From: Octopus vulgaris
Lineage: Eukaryota
Reading direction: 5' to 3'
DNA length: 64,000 nucleotides
Assembly: GCA_951406725.2 (NCBI GenBank)
Contig: OX597818.1
Coordinates: forward strand, 45,694,001-45,758,000
The stretch's first letter is position 1, and each line of letters begins with the position of its first letter. Below are positions 40,777-54,439 of this stretch, piece after piece. The position numbers were made by a program, and so were the translations under genes. A model generated the notes under the pieces. It was not told where the DNA came from. It worked only from the letters and a program-made list of their open reading frames with translations, and made no database searches.

Positions 40777-41309
40777 ATGCGAGGGTTTATCTAACACACA
40801 AAGGAATGAAAGCCACTTGATGGGCCTGAGCGATGGAGGTGCAACATCGCAACAGAGCTTCAGTACAATCTCTAGTAGACCAAAATGGATGCCCCTGGTA
40901 CAGCCCCTGGCCTTGCTAGCTCCTACCAAGCCGTTCAACCCATGCCAGCATGGAAAACAGACATCAAATGATGAGAATGATAATGATGACATAGTAAAAT
41001 AAACCTTTAAAGAAAATAAACAACTTCAATGCTTAAATCCTATAAAATAGATGTCTAGTTTGATACCAGTTTATCTTTTTCTGGTTCCAATAGTTTATCC
41101 ATCCATCTTCTCTATGCACTATTCCTGACAGAGTCATTGTGGTAGAGTTCTCAGGCATCTCATCCATAGCACCCCATATGTGACCTACAGAGACTATGAA
41201 TATCATCCGACCATCCTGTTTTTGGTCTGTTCCTGGTCTCCTTCCTATCGGCTCAGCTTCAAGAAGCCATCTTGTGATTTTTTTACCTGCAACATTTCTA
41301 ACCCCATAT

Positions 41310-42010
41310 GTTTCTTTATTACCCACAAGGGGCTAAACACAGAGAGGACAAACAAGGACAGACAAACGGATCAAGTCAATTACATCAACCCCAGTGCATA
41401 ACTGGTACTTAATTTATCAACCCCGAAAGGATGAAAGGCAAAGTCGACCTCGGCGGAATTTGAACTCAGAACATTACAGCAGACGAAATACGACTACGCA
41501 CTTCGCCTGGCGTGCTAACGTTTCTGCCAGCTCGCCACCTTGCATTTCTTTATTACCCACAAGGGGCTAAACATAGAGGGGACAAACAAGGACAGACAAA
41601 CAGATCAAGTCAATTACATCGATCCCAGTGCATAACTGGTACTTAATTTATCGACCCTGAAAGGATGAAAGGCAAAGTTGACCTCGGCGGAATTTGAACT
41701 CAGAACGTAAAGGCAGACAAAAAAAAAAGCTACGCATTTCGCCCGGCATGCTAACGTTTTAGCTAGCTCGCCACCTTGCATTTCTTTATTACCCACAAGG
41801 GGCTAAACATAGAGGGGACAAACAAGGACAGACAAACGGATCAAGTCAATTACATCGATCCCAGTGCATAACTGGTACTTAATTTATCAACCCCGAAAGG
41901 ATGAAAGGCAAAGTCGACCTCGGCGGAATTTGAACTCAGAACGTAGCGGCAGACAAAATACGGCAAGCATTTCGCCCGGTGTGCTAACGTTTCTGCCAGC
42001 TCGCTGCCTT
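41310..42010 (-). mobile_element. SINE family B, three complete monomers head-to-tail
   Basis: About 236-bp period, junction AAAGAAATGC-AAGGTGGCGAGCT on minus strand. Confidence 0.88.
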
Positions 42011-42154
42011 TCTAACCCCATATCCATAGTGCAGGAGGTGTGTCTTCTCGATCTGGAGAAGTAACTGCTCAACCTGGATAGACAACTTCGTCTCTGAGCT
42101 CTTAAGACAAAACTAACAGTTAATAAATATCAAAGTAAAACTAGAAGCACAAAC

Positions 42155-42277
42155 CTTCAGACATTCTTTTGGTTGATATGCTAAACGTTTCTTTTGCTCA
42201 GCCTTTCTTATTTGAGCAGCTTTCTCTTTCATGTGTTTCTTTGTAATCTTCCCATTTTGATCACTTTTCTGCGCCAC
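42155..42277 (-). CDS. EME1: EME1 coding exon 2
   Basis: aatag|GTG...AAG|gtttgt, 123 nt, phase 0-0; VAQKSDQ...KKRLAYQPKECLK resembles the vertebrate EME1 RPEECLK motif preceding the ERCC4-like domain. Confidence 0.88.
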
Positions 42278-42354
42278 CTATTCATTTAATAAAAAAAATA
42301 TATATTATATACAAATATTACATATATATATTATATACAAATATTATATATATA

Positions 42355-45230
42355 TTGGAATTCTGTGATGCATGTAACCTTTCAATCTGCAACACTAACT
42401 TCAAGAAGCCAGTCTGCCACCTTATAACTTATCAGTCAGGAGACTCCGCTAGCCAAATAGACTTCATCCTCACCAGACAACGGGATGCAGGGTTGCTCTT
42501 GAATACAAAGACCCTCCCGGGTGAAGAATGTATCCCTCAGCATAGACTAATCATCAGTGACTTTAAGCTTGAGGCCAGAAGGACTCCAAGAAACAAACCA
42601 ATCCAGAAAAGAAGGATTTGGAGGCTAAAGAACCCTTCGCATGGTCAGAAATTTAGGGACATACTCATCAAGAAATTTGATGAGAGGGAAGAGGAGCTTC
42701 AGACGTCAGACATAGAAGGTAGCTGGGAATTCCTACGGGACAGCTTGTTGAGTGCCACAGACCAAGTTTGTGGATGGTGCAAAGTCCCTTCCAGACCTAG
42801 AATTACGTGGTGGTGGAATAGTGCAGTAGATAAAGCCATCTGTGAAAAGAGACGGGCCTGGAAAGCCTGGAAGGATGGGGGCAGCAGGGAACTGTACCAG
42901 ATAGCCAAAAGGGAGGCTGGGCGGCAGGTATACATTGCCAAAGATGTAGCAGAAAAGAAGAAGTTTGCCAATGTCCAGCGTCGCGAGGATCAAAGAGCTG
43001 AAGTATTTCGGATTGCCAGACAGTGTGTCAGAGAAAATAGCGATGTTATAGGAGAGAAATGTGTCCGCATGGATGATGGGGCACTTGCTTTTACTACTAG
43101 TGAAAAGAAAGAGGCTTGGAGAAGCCATTATGAAAGACTGCTGAATGAGGAGAATGAATGGGAGGAGGAGAGCCTGCCAAATGTTGACCCAGTAGAGGGA
43201 CCAGCTACCCGAATAGACAGCTCCCTTGTAGATAAGGCAATTAAGGATATGAAACCAGGCAAAGCCCCTGGCCTATCAGGAATCACTGCTGAGATGCTTA
43301 AAACAGCTGGCTATGTGGGCCATGCCATAGTCACCCGCATTGTAAACCAGGTAGTTCACAATGGAGCCATACCCAATGACTGGTGCAGCAGTACCATAGT
43401 CAACTGCTACAAGGGTAAGGGTGATGCTCTAGATAGAAATAACTACAGAGGTATCAAACTGTTGGACCAGGTGAAATAACTACAGAGGTATCAAACTGTT
43501 GGACCAGGGAGAGAATTTGTTTAGATGAAATGCAGTTCGGTTTTGTACCAGGTAGAAGCACCACTGATGCTATATTCCTGGTCCGACAACTGCAGGAGAA
43601 GTACCTAGCTAAAGATAAACCCCTCTACATAGCTTTTGTAGACTTGGAGAAAGCCTTTGACAGGGTTCCCCGTTCCCTTATCTGGTGGTCGATGCGGAAA
43701 CTGGAGATTGAAGAATGGCTAATAAGGGCTGTACAGGCTCTATACAGAGAGGCTGTTAGCAAGGTTAGGATTGGCAACGAATATAGTGAAGAATTCCGAG
43801 TAGAAGTAGGTGTGCACCAGGGCTCAGCCCTCAGTCCCCTTTTATTCATCATAGTCCTTCAGGCAATAACAGAGGAATTCAAAACGGGATGCCCCTGGGA
43901 GCTCCTCTATGCCGATGACCTAGCTCTCATAGCAGAATCACTACCGGAACTAGAAGAGAAATTTCGGGTGTGGAAGCAAGGGTTGGAATCAAAGGGCCTT
44001 AGAATAAATGTAGCAAAGACCAAAGTATTAGTAAGCAGCAAGAGGTACTCAACACACATCCCCTCGGGTAGGTGGCCCTGCTCAACCTGTAGGAAAGGTA
44101 CAGGTAGAAACTCCATAAGATGCACCCAATGTAAGTTATGGACACATAAGAGGTGCAGCAACATTAAAGGGAAATTAACAGATAAGATAGCTTTCATGTG
44201 CGGCAGATGCACAGGGACAATAGACACAACAGACACTCAGAAAACAGATTCCATCACACTCCATAGAGAGAAACTAGAAGTAGTTGATAGTTTCCGCTAC
44301 CTGGGAGACCAAGTTAGTAGCGGAGGTGGATGCACAGAGAGTATCACCACTAGAATACTACGAATAGCCTGGGCAAAGTTCAGAAAGCTCCTACCCCTAC
44401 TGGCAACAAAAGGCCTCTCCCTCAGAGCAAAAGGTAGATTGTATGATGCATGTGTGCGAACTGCCATGCTTCACGGTAATGAAACATGGGCTGTGACTGC
44501 AGAAGACATGCGTAGACTTGAAAGAAATGAAGCTAGCATGATCCGCTGGATGTGTAGTGTCAGTGTGCATGCAAAACAGAGTGTAAGTATCCTGAGAGAA
44601 ATGCTGGATATAAGAAGCATCAGATGTGGTGTGCAAGAGCGACGCTTGCGATGGTATGGTCATGTGCTGCGGATGGATGAAGAGAGATGTGTGAAGAAGT
44701 GCCACTCCCAAACAGTTGAAGGTATCAGGGGAGAGGTAGACCCAGGAAGACATGGGATGAGGTGGTCAAGCATGACCTCAGAGCATTGGGCCTCACTGAG
44801 GCAATGGCGAAGGACCGAGATCTCTGGAGATATGCTGTGACTACAAAGACCCGGGCTGCTTTCTGCAGCAATTCCACATACCCCCTACCCATTCTAAGTA
44901 CCCCGGATCCCCAAAGTACCCTGGATCCCCAAAGTACCCCGATCCCCAAAGTACCCCGGACCTCGTTGCCCCCGTGCCGCTGACACGTTAAAATGCTCGA
45001 ACCGATCGTGACGATGCCGGACCCTCCGGCCCCTGTGCAGGTGGCACGTAAAAAGCACCCAATCCACTCACGGAGTGGTTGGCGTTAGGAAGGGCATCCA
45101 GCCGTAGAAACTCTGCCAGATTCAGACTGGAGCCTGGAGCGGCCCCTGGCTTCCCAGACCCGGTCAAACCGTCCAACCCGTGCTAGCGCGGAAAGCGGAC
45201 GTTAAACGATGATGATGATGATGATGATGA
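42355..45230 (+). mobile_element. 5'-truncated RTE-clade LINE (APE C-terminus + RT with PHD insert + 3'UTR, (GAT)n tail), disrupted; antisense in EME1 intron
   Basis: ORFs 42355-43479 and 43530-44840: TYQSG..SQIDFIL (APE), QFGFVPGRSTTDAIF, VGVHQGSALSPLLF, LLYADDL, FRYLG, RRLRWYGHV; broken by a 36-bp duplication at 43436-43508 and a frameshift near 44730. Confidence 0.95.
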
Positions 45231-45492
45231 TATACAATATTAGGGAGTATAACTCCAAACTTGCAGGGAAAAATTCAATTTAGTATTAAATCAAATTTCA
45301 CAATATAAATATATAATATATATAAATTATATATATGAAACGTACATAGTCTTCTTACTTATTATATATTGTTTATTCATTTTTTTGTACTTTTTGTGAT
45401 CTAGTTATATGTTTTATGATATTTTTATTTTTTCTTTATGATTTGGTTTATGTCTATCATTGTTTGAATTACATAATAGTGGTTTTTCTCTA

Positions 45493-45656
<164 letters not shown>

Positions 45657-46203
45657 ATGATGATATATATATATATATATATATCTCGTGCCGGTGGCAC
45701 GTAAAAAGCACCATCCGATCGTGGCCGTTGCCAGCCTCACCTGGCCCCCGTGCTGGTGGCACGTAAAAAGCACCATCTGACCGTGGCCGTTTGCCAGCCC
45801 CATCTGGCACCTGTGCCGGTGGCACATAAGAAACACCCACTACACTCACGGAGTGGTTGGCGTTAGGAAGGGCATCCAGCCGTAGAAACATTGCCAGATC
45901 AGACTGGGCCTGGTGCAGCCTTCTGGCTTACCAGACTCCAGTTGAACCGTCCAACCCATGCTAGCATGGAAAATGGACGCTAAACGATGATGATGATGAT
46001 GATATGTATGTATGTATATATATATATATATATGTATGTATATATATGTATATATATATATATGTATGTATATATATATGTATGTATATATATATGCATA
46101 TATATATGTATGTATATAAATATATGTATATATATATGCATATATATATGTATGTCCAACCCATGCTAGCATGGAAAGCGGACGTTAAACGATGATGATG
46201 ATG

Positions 46204-46256
<53 letters not shown>

Positions 46257-49010
46257 ATAATATATCTATCTGTCTGTCTATCTATCTATCCATATACATA
46301 TATATATATCATATTACTATATGATTGAACGCCACACATACTCTTCCAAGTAAGTTTTATCGTAATAATTCTGATGCGCACTCTATACGATCTTTTTAAT
46401 CTTTCGTTTTTCTCTTTCTCTCTTATTCTTTTATCTCCTCTTCTCCCCCTATTCTATCCTATTAGCATGTTGAAGTGATTGTTTGGTAATTTACAAACCT
46501 GAATTCAAACCTGCTAACATGGACACTTAAAGATATATTTTATGTTTTTCTATGCTTCAACAAGTCAGGTGATCTACATACAATATCATTTCTACAATCC
46601 ATGATATGAAATTCATAAAAACTTATAATCCAAGTAATAGCCAGACAAAATACTTTGATCGGGATACAACAGAAAGTAAAGGGCTAAATTAACTGATTTA
46701 CCAACTAGCCTCTATAATAGTGGTTTCAAATTTTGGCACAAGGCCAGCAATTTTGGGGGCAGGGTTAAGTGAATTACATCAATCCCAGTGCTCAATTAGT
46801 ATTTATTGTATTGATCCTGAAACGATGAAAGGTAAAACTGAATTGACCTCAGCAGAATTTGAACTCAGAGCATAATGTAAAGAGGGATGAAGTGTTGCCA
46901 AGCAGTTTGTCTGGTGTGCTAATGATTCTGTTAATGATTGCTGCCTTTCTGGTCCTCAATAATACTGAAAGCTAGAACCCTGAGAAGGACTCCCTAACTT
47001 TGTATCAACATCACCATAACAAGAAAAGTTAGGTTCTGCTTCTCTAAATCAACATATAGCATAGTACCAATGGTTGCTGTGGATACTGAAAGAGATTTGC
47101 AATATTTTTAAACTGTTTTTTAAATGGCTTAATCAGAGGAGGAAGATAGGATCGTTGACCTCCTCAAGACTTCCAAGTCTGATGGGAGAAGTTATCCTCA
47201 AGGCAGAGACCTTGACCAAATATTTGCAACAGAATGCATGCCAACTGAGGTACCCATAAACCAGGTGGTGGCATTGAACCAGATGATATATTAAGTCTAC
47301 CACAAAACAAGAACAGGCCCTCTGCTGAGCTTTCAAAGAGTTTGTGTCACGTAAAAAACACTAGTGCTGGTGCCACATAAAAAGCACTGGTGAATGGTGT
47401 CACATAAAAAGAACTGATGTTGGTGCCACGAGAAAAGCACTGGTGACAGTGTCATGTAAAAAGTACCGAATACACTCTGTAAAGTGGTTGGCATTAGGAA
47501 GGGCATCCTGCAGTAGAAACCCTGCCGAAACAGACAACAGAGCCTGGTGTGGCCCTTGGCCTTACCAGCTCCTGTCACACCGTCCAACCCATGCTAGCAT
47601 GGAAAACAGACATTAAAAGATGATGGTGAAGACCTGAAAGCTATGATAGAAGACACTGGCGAAGGTGTCAGACACCATAAGTGAACATGAAACTATGTCA
47701 TTTTGAGTCCAACTTATTAACCATACAGCCAATCATGGCCTCAGTGCTAAAGGACAACTACCACCCACATTGAACAAGGAAGCTACCAACTAATTAGGTG
47801 TTAACTCATCATAGTTCACCTTCCTCATTTGTTCCATGAAGATAATGGAGAAACTCCAACAAACAAGCAAAATGGAAAACCAAAAATCTCAAAGGCTCAC
47901 TCTGTAGCTGTGATTTTGTAACATTCATACAAAGTTGACCTGATGCATGAAAAACCTCAACATGGAAATCATCAACATTTGAAAGGCAGCTATTATCAAA
48001 AAATGAGCTAATCAAGCTAATAGGAGTAATTACACAGCTATCTCCTGCCTTTTCACATTTCATTTCCCTTCACAGGAGCTGTGCTGATTTGTCTAAGAAA
48101 ATGGTGAAATATGTTCACATTGCATCTCAGTACAATCACCAAATTCAGAAATGCAGAGAAACAGAGAGGCCTGCTGGGCGAAATGTTTAGCGGTATTCAT
48201 CTGCCGTTACGTTCTGAGTTCAAATTCCACCGAGGTCGACTTTGCCTTTCATCCTTTCTGGGTCAATAAATTAAGCACCAGATGTAATCGACTTAATCCG
48301 TTTGACTGTCCTTGTTTGTCCCCTCTGTGTTTAGCCCCCTGTGGGTAATAAAGAAATAGGTATTTCGTCTGCCATTACGTTCTGAGTTCAAATTCCACCG
48401 AGGTTGACTTTGCCTTTCATCCTTTCTGGGTTGATTGAATAAGTACCAGTTATGCACTGGGCCGATGTAATCGACTTAATCCCTTGCTTGTCCCCTCTAT
48501 GTTTAGCCCCCTGTGGGCAATAAAGAAATAAATATTAGTGACACAGTAAGTCATTTGATTAAATCACCTAAGAATGAATGTCTCTCAAAGTTACACAGCA
48601 AGATTCTACCTTTGTATGACGATACAAGGGCAACAATCCAATAGAACTACAATAGTAATTCATCTGGACGTCTAGACATCAACAGCAGTGGGAATCAAGG
48701 CTATATATGGCACTACAAAGTTTCAAAATTCTTTTTCTATCTGCTTCTCAAACATTATTTGAGACTTCAACCAAAGGGGTCTATTCGCATACCAAAAATA
48801 ACAGACAGCTGCACAAAGTCAGCTGTGCAAGACTGAGAGCCAAGGAGGGTGTGGTTCTTAATCAAAGGCAATAATGCTCCAGTGTCCTCACCCAATAAGA
48901 AATAACTTCAGTGTCTTCTGGACCATTTCTTTAATACCTGCATAGATTTTAGATTGACTATCATCCTTTAAATGGCATTCCACCTTTGATTTATTAGCAT
49001 CTGGAACTAG

Positions 49011-49610
49011 CAAGGTGGCGAGCTGGCAAAAACATTAGCATGCCGGATGAAATGCTTAGTGGTATTTCGTCTGCCGTTACGTTCTGAGTTCAAATTCTGC
49101 CGAGGTCGACTTTACCTTTCATCCTTTCGGGGTCGATAAATTAAGTACCAGTTACGCACTGGGGTCGATGTAATTGACTTAATCCGTTTGTCTGTCCTTG
49201 TTTGTCCTCTCTGTGTTTAGCCCCTTATGGGTAGTAAAGAAATAGGTATTTCGTCTGCCGTTACATTCTGAGTTCAAAGTCTGCCAAGGTCGACTTTCAT
49301 TCTTTCGGGGTTAATAAATTAAGTACCAGTTACGCACTGGGGTTGATGTAATCGACTTAATCCCTTTGTCTGCCCTTGTTTGTCCCCTCTATGTTTAGCC
49401 TCTTGTGTGGGTAGTAAAGAAATAGGTATTTCGTCTGCCGTTACGTTCTGAGTTCAAATTCCGCCGAGGTCAACTTTGCCTTTCATCCTTTCGGAGTCGA
49501 TTAAATAAGTACCAGTTACGCACTGGGATCGATATAATCGCCTTAATCCGTTTGTCTGCCCTTGTTTGTCCCCTCTATGTTTAGCCCCTTATGGGCAATA
49601 AAGAAATAAG
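49011..49610 (+). mobile_element. SINE family B, head + three bodies (trimer)
   Basis: GGCGAGCTGGCAGAAACGTTAGC-type head, GAGTTCAAATTC B box, CCTTTCATCCTTTCGGGGTCGATAAA core; body repeats at 49246 and 49426. Monomers near 3535-3752(-), 21132-21348(+), 33093-33325(-), 36265-36497(-). Confidence 0.9.
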
Positions 49611-50037
49611 AAACTGGAACTAGTATACTTGCTCACATATACTAATTCACATACATCAGACCTACTATCAATAAAAAGGTCTCTTTTGATGCTAAGATCA
49701 ATAATTATACTGGGAAAGCTACATCTACTTTAGGTTTGCTTACTCATGTGTCTAGATGAACCAGAAACTCATTCTCAAGACCAAGATGCTAATGAAGAAC
49801 AATTATATAATCAGTAATCTCTTGGCATGGCAACAAAACATAGACAAAACATGCCAGACAAGAACAGAAACTGAACAGTTTCTTCAATATCAGCCTTAAG
49901 TGATAAGATAAAGTATCAAGCATCAATGTCTTTTCACATGCTGTGCTCATCACAAGCTATGCTTGCTTGCACACAACCACCAGATAGGGAGTAATCAAAT
50001 CCCAAAAGATATTTTTTATGCAGTGAACTCACATTAA

Positions 50038-50762
50038 CACTTTGACGCTGGTATTACCCAAAGCATGCGAGATACTGCTCCAGGTTTTTTTATCTAATGA
50101 GGCTACATAAACACACAATTCAATTTCAATTCAATTCAATTCAATTTTTATTGGCTCAAAAAGCAAAAGCAAGGCCATGTAGGGGGACAGGGGGTTATGT
50201 GCAGGGAGGGTGGTCATACAAAGAGTTCAGGCCATTTCTGGTCAAGAGAGACTTTGAACCGAGTGGTCGTCGGCATCTTCACTATCTCATCCAGCAGCTT
50301 ATTCCACGGATCCACAAGTGCCAACAAGTTTGCATCTATTTATGTTCACCATTACAATAACATAGCGTCATACATTTACGTCGACCGGTTTATGAAAACG
50401 AACTATGTGAAGCTATTTATCATAATATGATATGCACGAGTTATTCTGCTCAAGTTAAAAAAATAGCTTGCGTGTGGTACAACTCAAAGCACTGTATTAT
50501 GCATGTAAAGTATCCGCATGTCATTGGTCTACTACTAGTCTCGTGACTTGAACGTAACCTAAAATAGCTAAGATAATGCACGGGGTGGGAAGCGAGCGCA
50601 CCTCAAGAGATAAAGTACACGATAGCGAATGTAAACATATGTCAGCCGCTAAAAAAAAAGTCTGTGATAGATGTAGGTTAGCTCTACATCGCATATTTAC
50701 GTTAACCGTGGGTAGGCAAGCAAAAGTGTGATTGCATATTTGCATCGACCGTTGTCAAGAGG
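50038..50762. mobile_element. Possible piggyBac-type non-autonomous element carrying a nested CR1 fragment
   Basis: TTAA|CACTTTGAC...GTCAAGAGG|TTAA, imperfect TIRs, CpG-richer interior. Confidence 0.45.
50119..50318 (-). mobile_element. CR1-like LINE 3' end with (TTGAA)n tail
   Basis: Minus strand VDPWNKLLDEIVKMPTTTRFKVSLD (WN.LP..VV......FK..LD motif) followed by microsatellite tail. Confidence 0.7.
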
Positions 50763-51160
50763 TTAATTCTAATACAAGGATACCTATCAGTAATAAATAA
50801 GAACACTGAATATCAGTACTGAATTCTAACAGATCACCAATAATCACAACAGATGGTGAAGTCTACATACACACACACACACACACACAAGTATAACACA
50901 TATAGTTCACTTAGATCATTGATCTACAACTCAATTAATACCTGGTCATCAGCTATTTTTTCCTTGTATTACTCAACATTATTCAAAACCTTCTAACATA
51001 TTTTTCATTTCTTCAAAGTGTTGTATGCAAAACCTCAGAACCAGCTTCTCCTTATGGCACACAAATTTATCTTTTAAAAAATGTATCACGTGAACTGTTT
51101 TCACTTATGAAGGCTATTACTAGTTTCTTGGAACACTAAATTATAAATTTTGTTATTTAA

Positions 51161-51381
51161 CCCTTTCATTACTGTATTTATTTTGAGATGCTCTGTGTTT
51201 CTTTCAATTACTTTAAATATAACAAAGAGTTTAGTAAAATAACTTAGTTATCATTAAGCTAGTGTTAGGAACATAAATTGTGAGTAAGGTTTGGGGGAAG
51301 ATTTTAATTCAAAACTTATGAAAACAAGACATTTGTACTACATAGCCAGAGCCGGTTTCAGCCGGGTTAGTAACGAAAGGG
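51161..51381. mobile_element. piggyBac-type MITE, family 1
   Basis: TTAA TSD and CCCTTTC.TTAC TIRs; sits 22 bp inside the intron after EME1 coding exon 1 and accounts for the tail of ORF 51338-51838. Confidence 0.88.
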
Positions 51382-51403
51382 TTAAAAATAATGTTAAACT
51401 CAC

Positions 51404-51838
51404 ATCCTTCAGGTCTTTTTTCACAGCCATCTTTTCTGGAGAGCATTTTCTCTTCTTTACCACTTCTGTTTGTGGCAATGTATTCAAAGTTGTGTGTTTT
51501 ATCACTTCTGTTTGTGACAATGTTGTGTGTTTCTTTAGGAATTCTGATAACTTGCCATCACTGTGAGAGCTCGTTAATTCAGTATATGCAGGTAAGGAAT
51601 CAGAATCATCACTATCAGCACATTCTTTATTTACACCTACAAAGTCCGAGACTGTGGAACCAGATTTGAGATCTCTGTTTTCTTGATATGAATTGAGAGG
51701 TTCATCAAATTGAACATTAGCATGTGAATGATCATCAGAATATATATTTTCATTGTCTAGATCAATGACAGCATGAGAAAATTTAGAAGATAACCCTAAA
51801 AGTCTCTCCTTGAGTGGTATTTCTACATCCAAATCCAT
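51404..51838 (-). CDS. EME1: EME1 coding exon 1 (ATG; acidic, low-complexity N-terminus); exon probably starts at acceptor 51945 with 5'UTR
   Basis: MDLDVEIPLKERLL...KKRKCSPEKMAVKKDLKD, 435 nt, ends at donor GAT|gtgagt (phase 0); upstream acceptor ttttattacag|atctg at 51945; joins in frame to exon 42277-42155. Assignment rests on phase and position, since the EME1 N-terminus is poorly conserved. Confidence 0.8.
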
Positions 51839-53838
51839 TGTGTTTTAAAATGTCTTTTATTCTTTTGTGGGTTATTTTACTCAGAAAAAAAAAATATAAC
51901 AGATTAAATTGAAGGAAGGTAGTTATTCTCACTTTCCACTCAGATCTGTAATAAAAAAAAAAGTAAGAAATAAAACATTTTAAATTTTCCCACAGCAATA
52001 AATTTAATATTGGTAGTTTTAACAAAATTTCAGTACAGTTTTAATAAGAAATATAGAGTATAGTTTTTGTTAGACATAAAGAGTACAGTGGAATAAATCA
52101 CCACAAATATTTTATCTGATCAGAAAGGATAAAAGAAAATTCATCTGGAAGGCGTTAACTTCTAGAAATATAATTTACAGATACATTTTCAAGTTACCAT
52201 AAGAAAGCTTACAGGTTATTGCTGTAAAAAAAAATTCAGTGAAAAAAATGTAATGACTGTTCATGCTACAAGTCCAAAGATCAGAAAAACCGGTTTCTTT
52301 TGTACTCATATATAAAATTTAAAATGAATTTTACTACTCAGCTACAATTACTAAGGATGTCTTATTTTGTAACCTCCAAGATCCAGAAATTCAGTTGCAC
52401 CTCTTTGGCATTTTGAACCTTGGAACTAGTACTCCAATTTATTGAGACCAAGGAAACTGGTAAAAGACCAGCAATCTACCTTTTAGATTCATAAGGAATT
52501 TACATCAACCAGAATTTACAAGAATGAAAAGAGTGACAAAAAAAGTGCTGTTATCAAGCCTTCTGCAATAAATCAAGATGTCTGTTCTTGATTTATTTAA
52601 TCAAGATTGTAACAGAAGTCATGGAAGTCATTCTACAACAAAACTGTTAAATGATAATAATAATAATGAAATTATTGTATACATTATTATCACTTAACGG
52701 TTTTGTTGCAGAAAAGTGTTCAGCACACTGGAACCATGAACATTACTTTACTAAAGCATGCAGAAGTAAAGACAAACCAAGGTTACTCAAACTCAACTGA
52801 TGAAAATGTAAGTGCTATCATCAATTCTTCGAAGATAAACACATCCTCTGAGAAAAAAAAATTACGTTCAGTCAATTGCAATTGATCATTGTTGTGTAAT
52901 CAACTCCAGAACGCTTGGATAACATGACCCTCCAAACTATAACCATATATAAACATCATTGTGGTAACAAGTTTTGAAGAAACACTATACCTGGGACATT
53001 AGAAATGTCTGTCTGTATATTTCCACGAAACTTCACATTAGATACCCTCAGCAAATTGTATATCGATTGCCACTTCAAGTTTTGACACAAAGACTATTAA
53101 CTAGCTTGCTTACATACATACGTGCACTTGTCAAAACTGCTATCAATAGGTACCTAAACGTACCCCGCACATGCGCGTAATTATTTTTATGCACCATGTC
53201 CTACATTTTGACACACATAACAATTCACCTCAAACTTTCTCATACCCACGACTAATTTTACACAAAAGCACACACAAATATAACTTTAAAAATTTTATTT
53301 AAAATTAAAACATCTTAACTATTATCTCAACATTTTTCTCTAGCCATTCTCCCTAAGTCTGTAGAGACCTATTATAATTCTTGTAAGCATTATAAGACAC
53401 TTGGCTCTTTCCTCTTCGCAACAAAATATTGGGTTGTCTGGAAAGTTTGTGCCGATTTATAGTAGCTTACCTTTCGACTTACCCTCCCAGGCACCTCAAT
53501 TCTGGGAAAAGGGTATTTTCAAGTTAAAGGAAAGATTGTGCAACAAAATGATTCATATTTCCGTGCCGGTGGCACATAAAATACGCCAATCCGACCATGG
53601 CCGTTGCCAGCCTCGCCTGGCACCTGTGCAGGTGGCACGTAAAAAGCACCCACTACACTCACGGAGTGGTTGGTGTTAGGTAGGGCATCCAGCTGTAGAA
53701 ACATTGCCAGATAAGACTGGAGGCTGGTGCAGCCTTCTGGCTTCCCAGACTCCAGTTGAACCGTCCAACCCATGCTAGCATGGAGAACGGACGTTAAACG
53801 ATGATGATGATGATGATGATTTGGTTGATTAAAAATGT

Positions 53839-53871
53839 AATTAACGAGCTCTCACAGTGATGGCAAGTTAT
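53839..53871. repeat. Perfect 33-bp inverted copy of EME1 exon sequence 51547-51579
   Basis: AATTAACGAGCTCTCACAGTGATGGCAAGTTAT is the exact reverse complement of 51547-51579. Confidence 0.95.
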
Positions 53872-54439
53872 GCTTTATATGCAATGCTATAAAGCATATT
53901 CCTCGATCCCAGGTAAAATGGATAAGCCTATCCGAAATGTTTCCTCATGCATAGATAATGGAAATACTCAGTTCTGGAACTGAGTAGATATTTAGCTTTA
54001 CTAGGATTCCCTTGAAAATTAAATTTATCTCATTAGGTTGAACGAATCAACCTCCATTCAGTCTACCTAACAATTAATGAAGTCAGCGCTGGATTAACCA
54101 TTATGCAAAATAAGCATGTGCTTAAGGAATCAAAGGGATGATGGGCACCACAGAAATGGTGTATGGTTCACAGCACAAAAGAAAGCATTTTAAACTTGCC
54201 AGAATAATATTCGAAGTTTTTTGTATGATTGGAAACATAAATTCAAAAGTGTTCATGGTTTCATAGTGAGGATCTCATCAAAGACTTTGCAATTAAAAAC
54301 GGTGGAAATTTTTTTAGAATATAAATAAATTAGAAGTGCAAAAAGATAAGCATTATTTTCCATCTTACTAAGGCGCCAAACTGGCAGGATCGTTAACTAG
54401 CCAGGCGAAATACAGTTAAACTCCAGTGTTTGACCCGAG

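Noticed and set aside
51455-51540. Internal repeat KHTTL..QTEV in EME1 exon 1 as a novel motif
   Set aside because: Short two-copy duplication in a likely disordered region; no evidence of function.
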